A stretch of DNA of 26,569 nucleotides from Chloroflexota bacterium (GTDB taxonomy: Bacteria; Chloroflexota; Limnocylindria; Limnocylindrales; CSP1-4), in NCBI GenBank assembly GCA_043758855.1, contig JAYVMQ010000067.1, forward strand, positions 1-26,569. Direction: 5' to 3'. Shown piece by piece: positions 26,456 through 26,569 of the stretch (positions are counted from its first letter, which is position 1; each line of letters starts with the position of its first letter). The position numbers and the translations under genes are program-made. The notes beneath the pieces were generated by a model that did not search any database, was not told the DNA's origin, and saw nothing but the letters and a program-made list of their open reading frames with translations.

Positions 26456-26569
26456 GCCTCCAGCTCCAGCATTGAGGCCGGCGCGGCGAGCCCCGGCAGC
26501 CTTCGCTTCGCAAATAATCGCTTCGCGATTGGCTTGCTTCGCTCCCGGCCACCGACGCTCACCGCGCCG

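Noticed and set aside
26452-26569. Open minus-strand frame ending in TGA overlapping the ATPase GTG
   Set aside because: Only 38 codons are visible, with no recognisable motif. It cannot be called a gene without upstream sequence.

Overview
High-GC bacterial chromosomal window. Tat lipoprotein and MurT/GatD suggest a monoderm of Actinomycetota or Chloroflexota type (inference). Left half (1-13294): a galactoside-utilisation locus. On the minus strand: Tat-exported sugar-binding lipoprotein, two permeases, GH36 alpha-galactosidase and a GH2 LacZ-type beta-galactosidase that runs off the left edge and is absent from the ORF track. Divergent from these: DeoR regulator, galT, tatA, galK, tatC, so the Tat translocase genes are interleaved with Leloir genes. 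Middle: purE, a Zn-ribbon Nudix hydrolase, an ABC exporter whose ATPase is fused to a PLDc_N (YxlE-like) membrane hairpin, and an APH-family kinase. Right half (minus strand): second ABC-2 exporter, murT-gatD, ECF sigma factor with a coupled anti-sigma-like protein carrying an Asp-box beta-propeller, and an OsmC-family protein. No tRNA, rRNA, CRISPR array or transposase was seen. The most unexplained features are two intergenic ~200-230 bp long imperfect palindromes (14766-14966 and 21430-21656). They are unrelated in sequence but share an architecture: terminal inverted repeats, nested internal pairing and G/C-skewed low-complexity flanks. Also notable are a GalK with substitutions in two signature motifs and G-run tracts after three stop codons.
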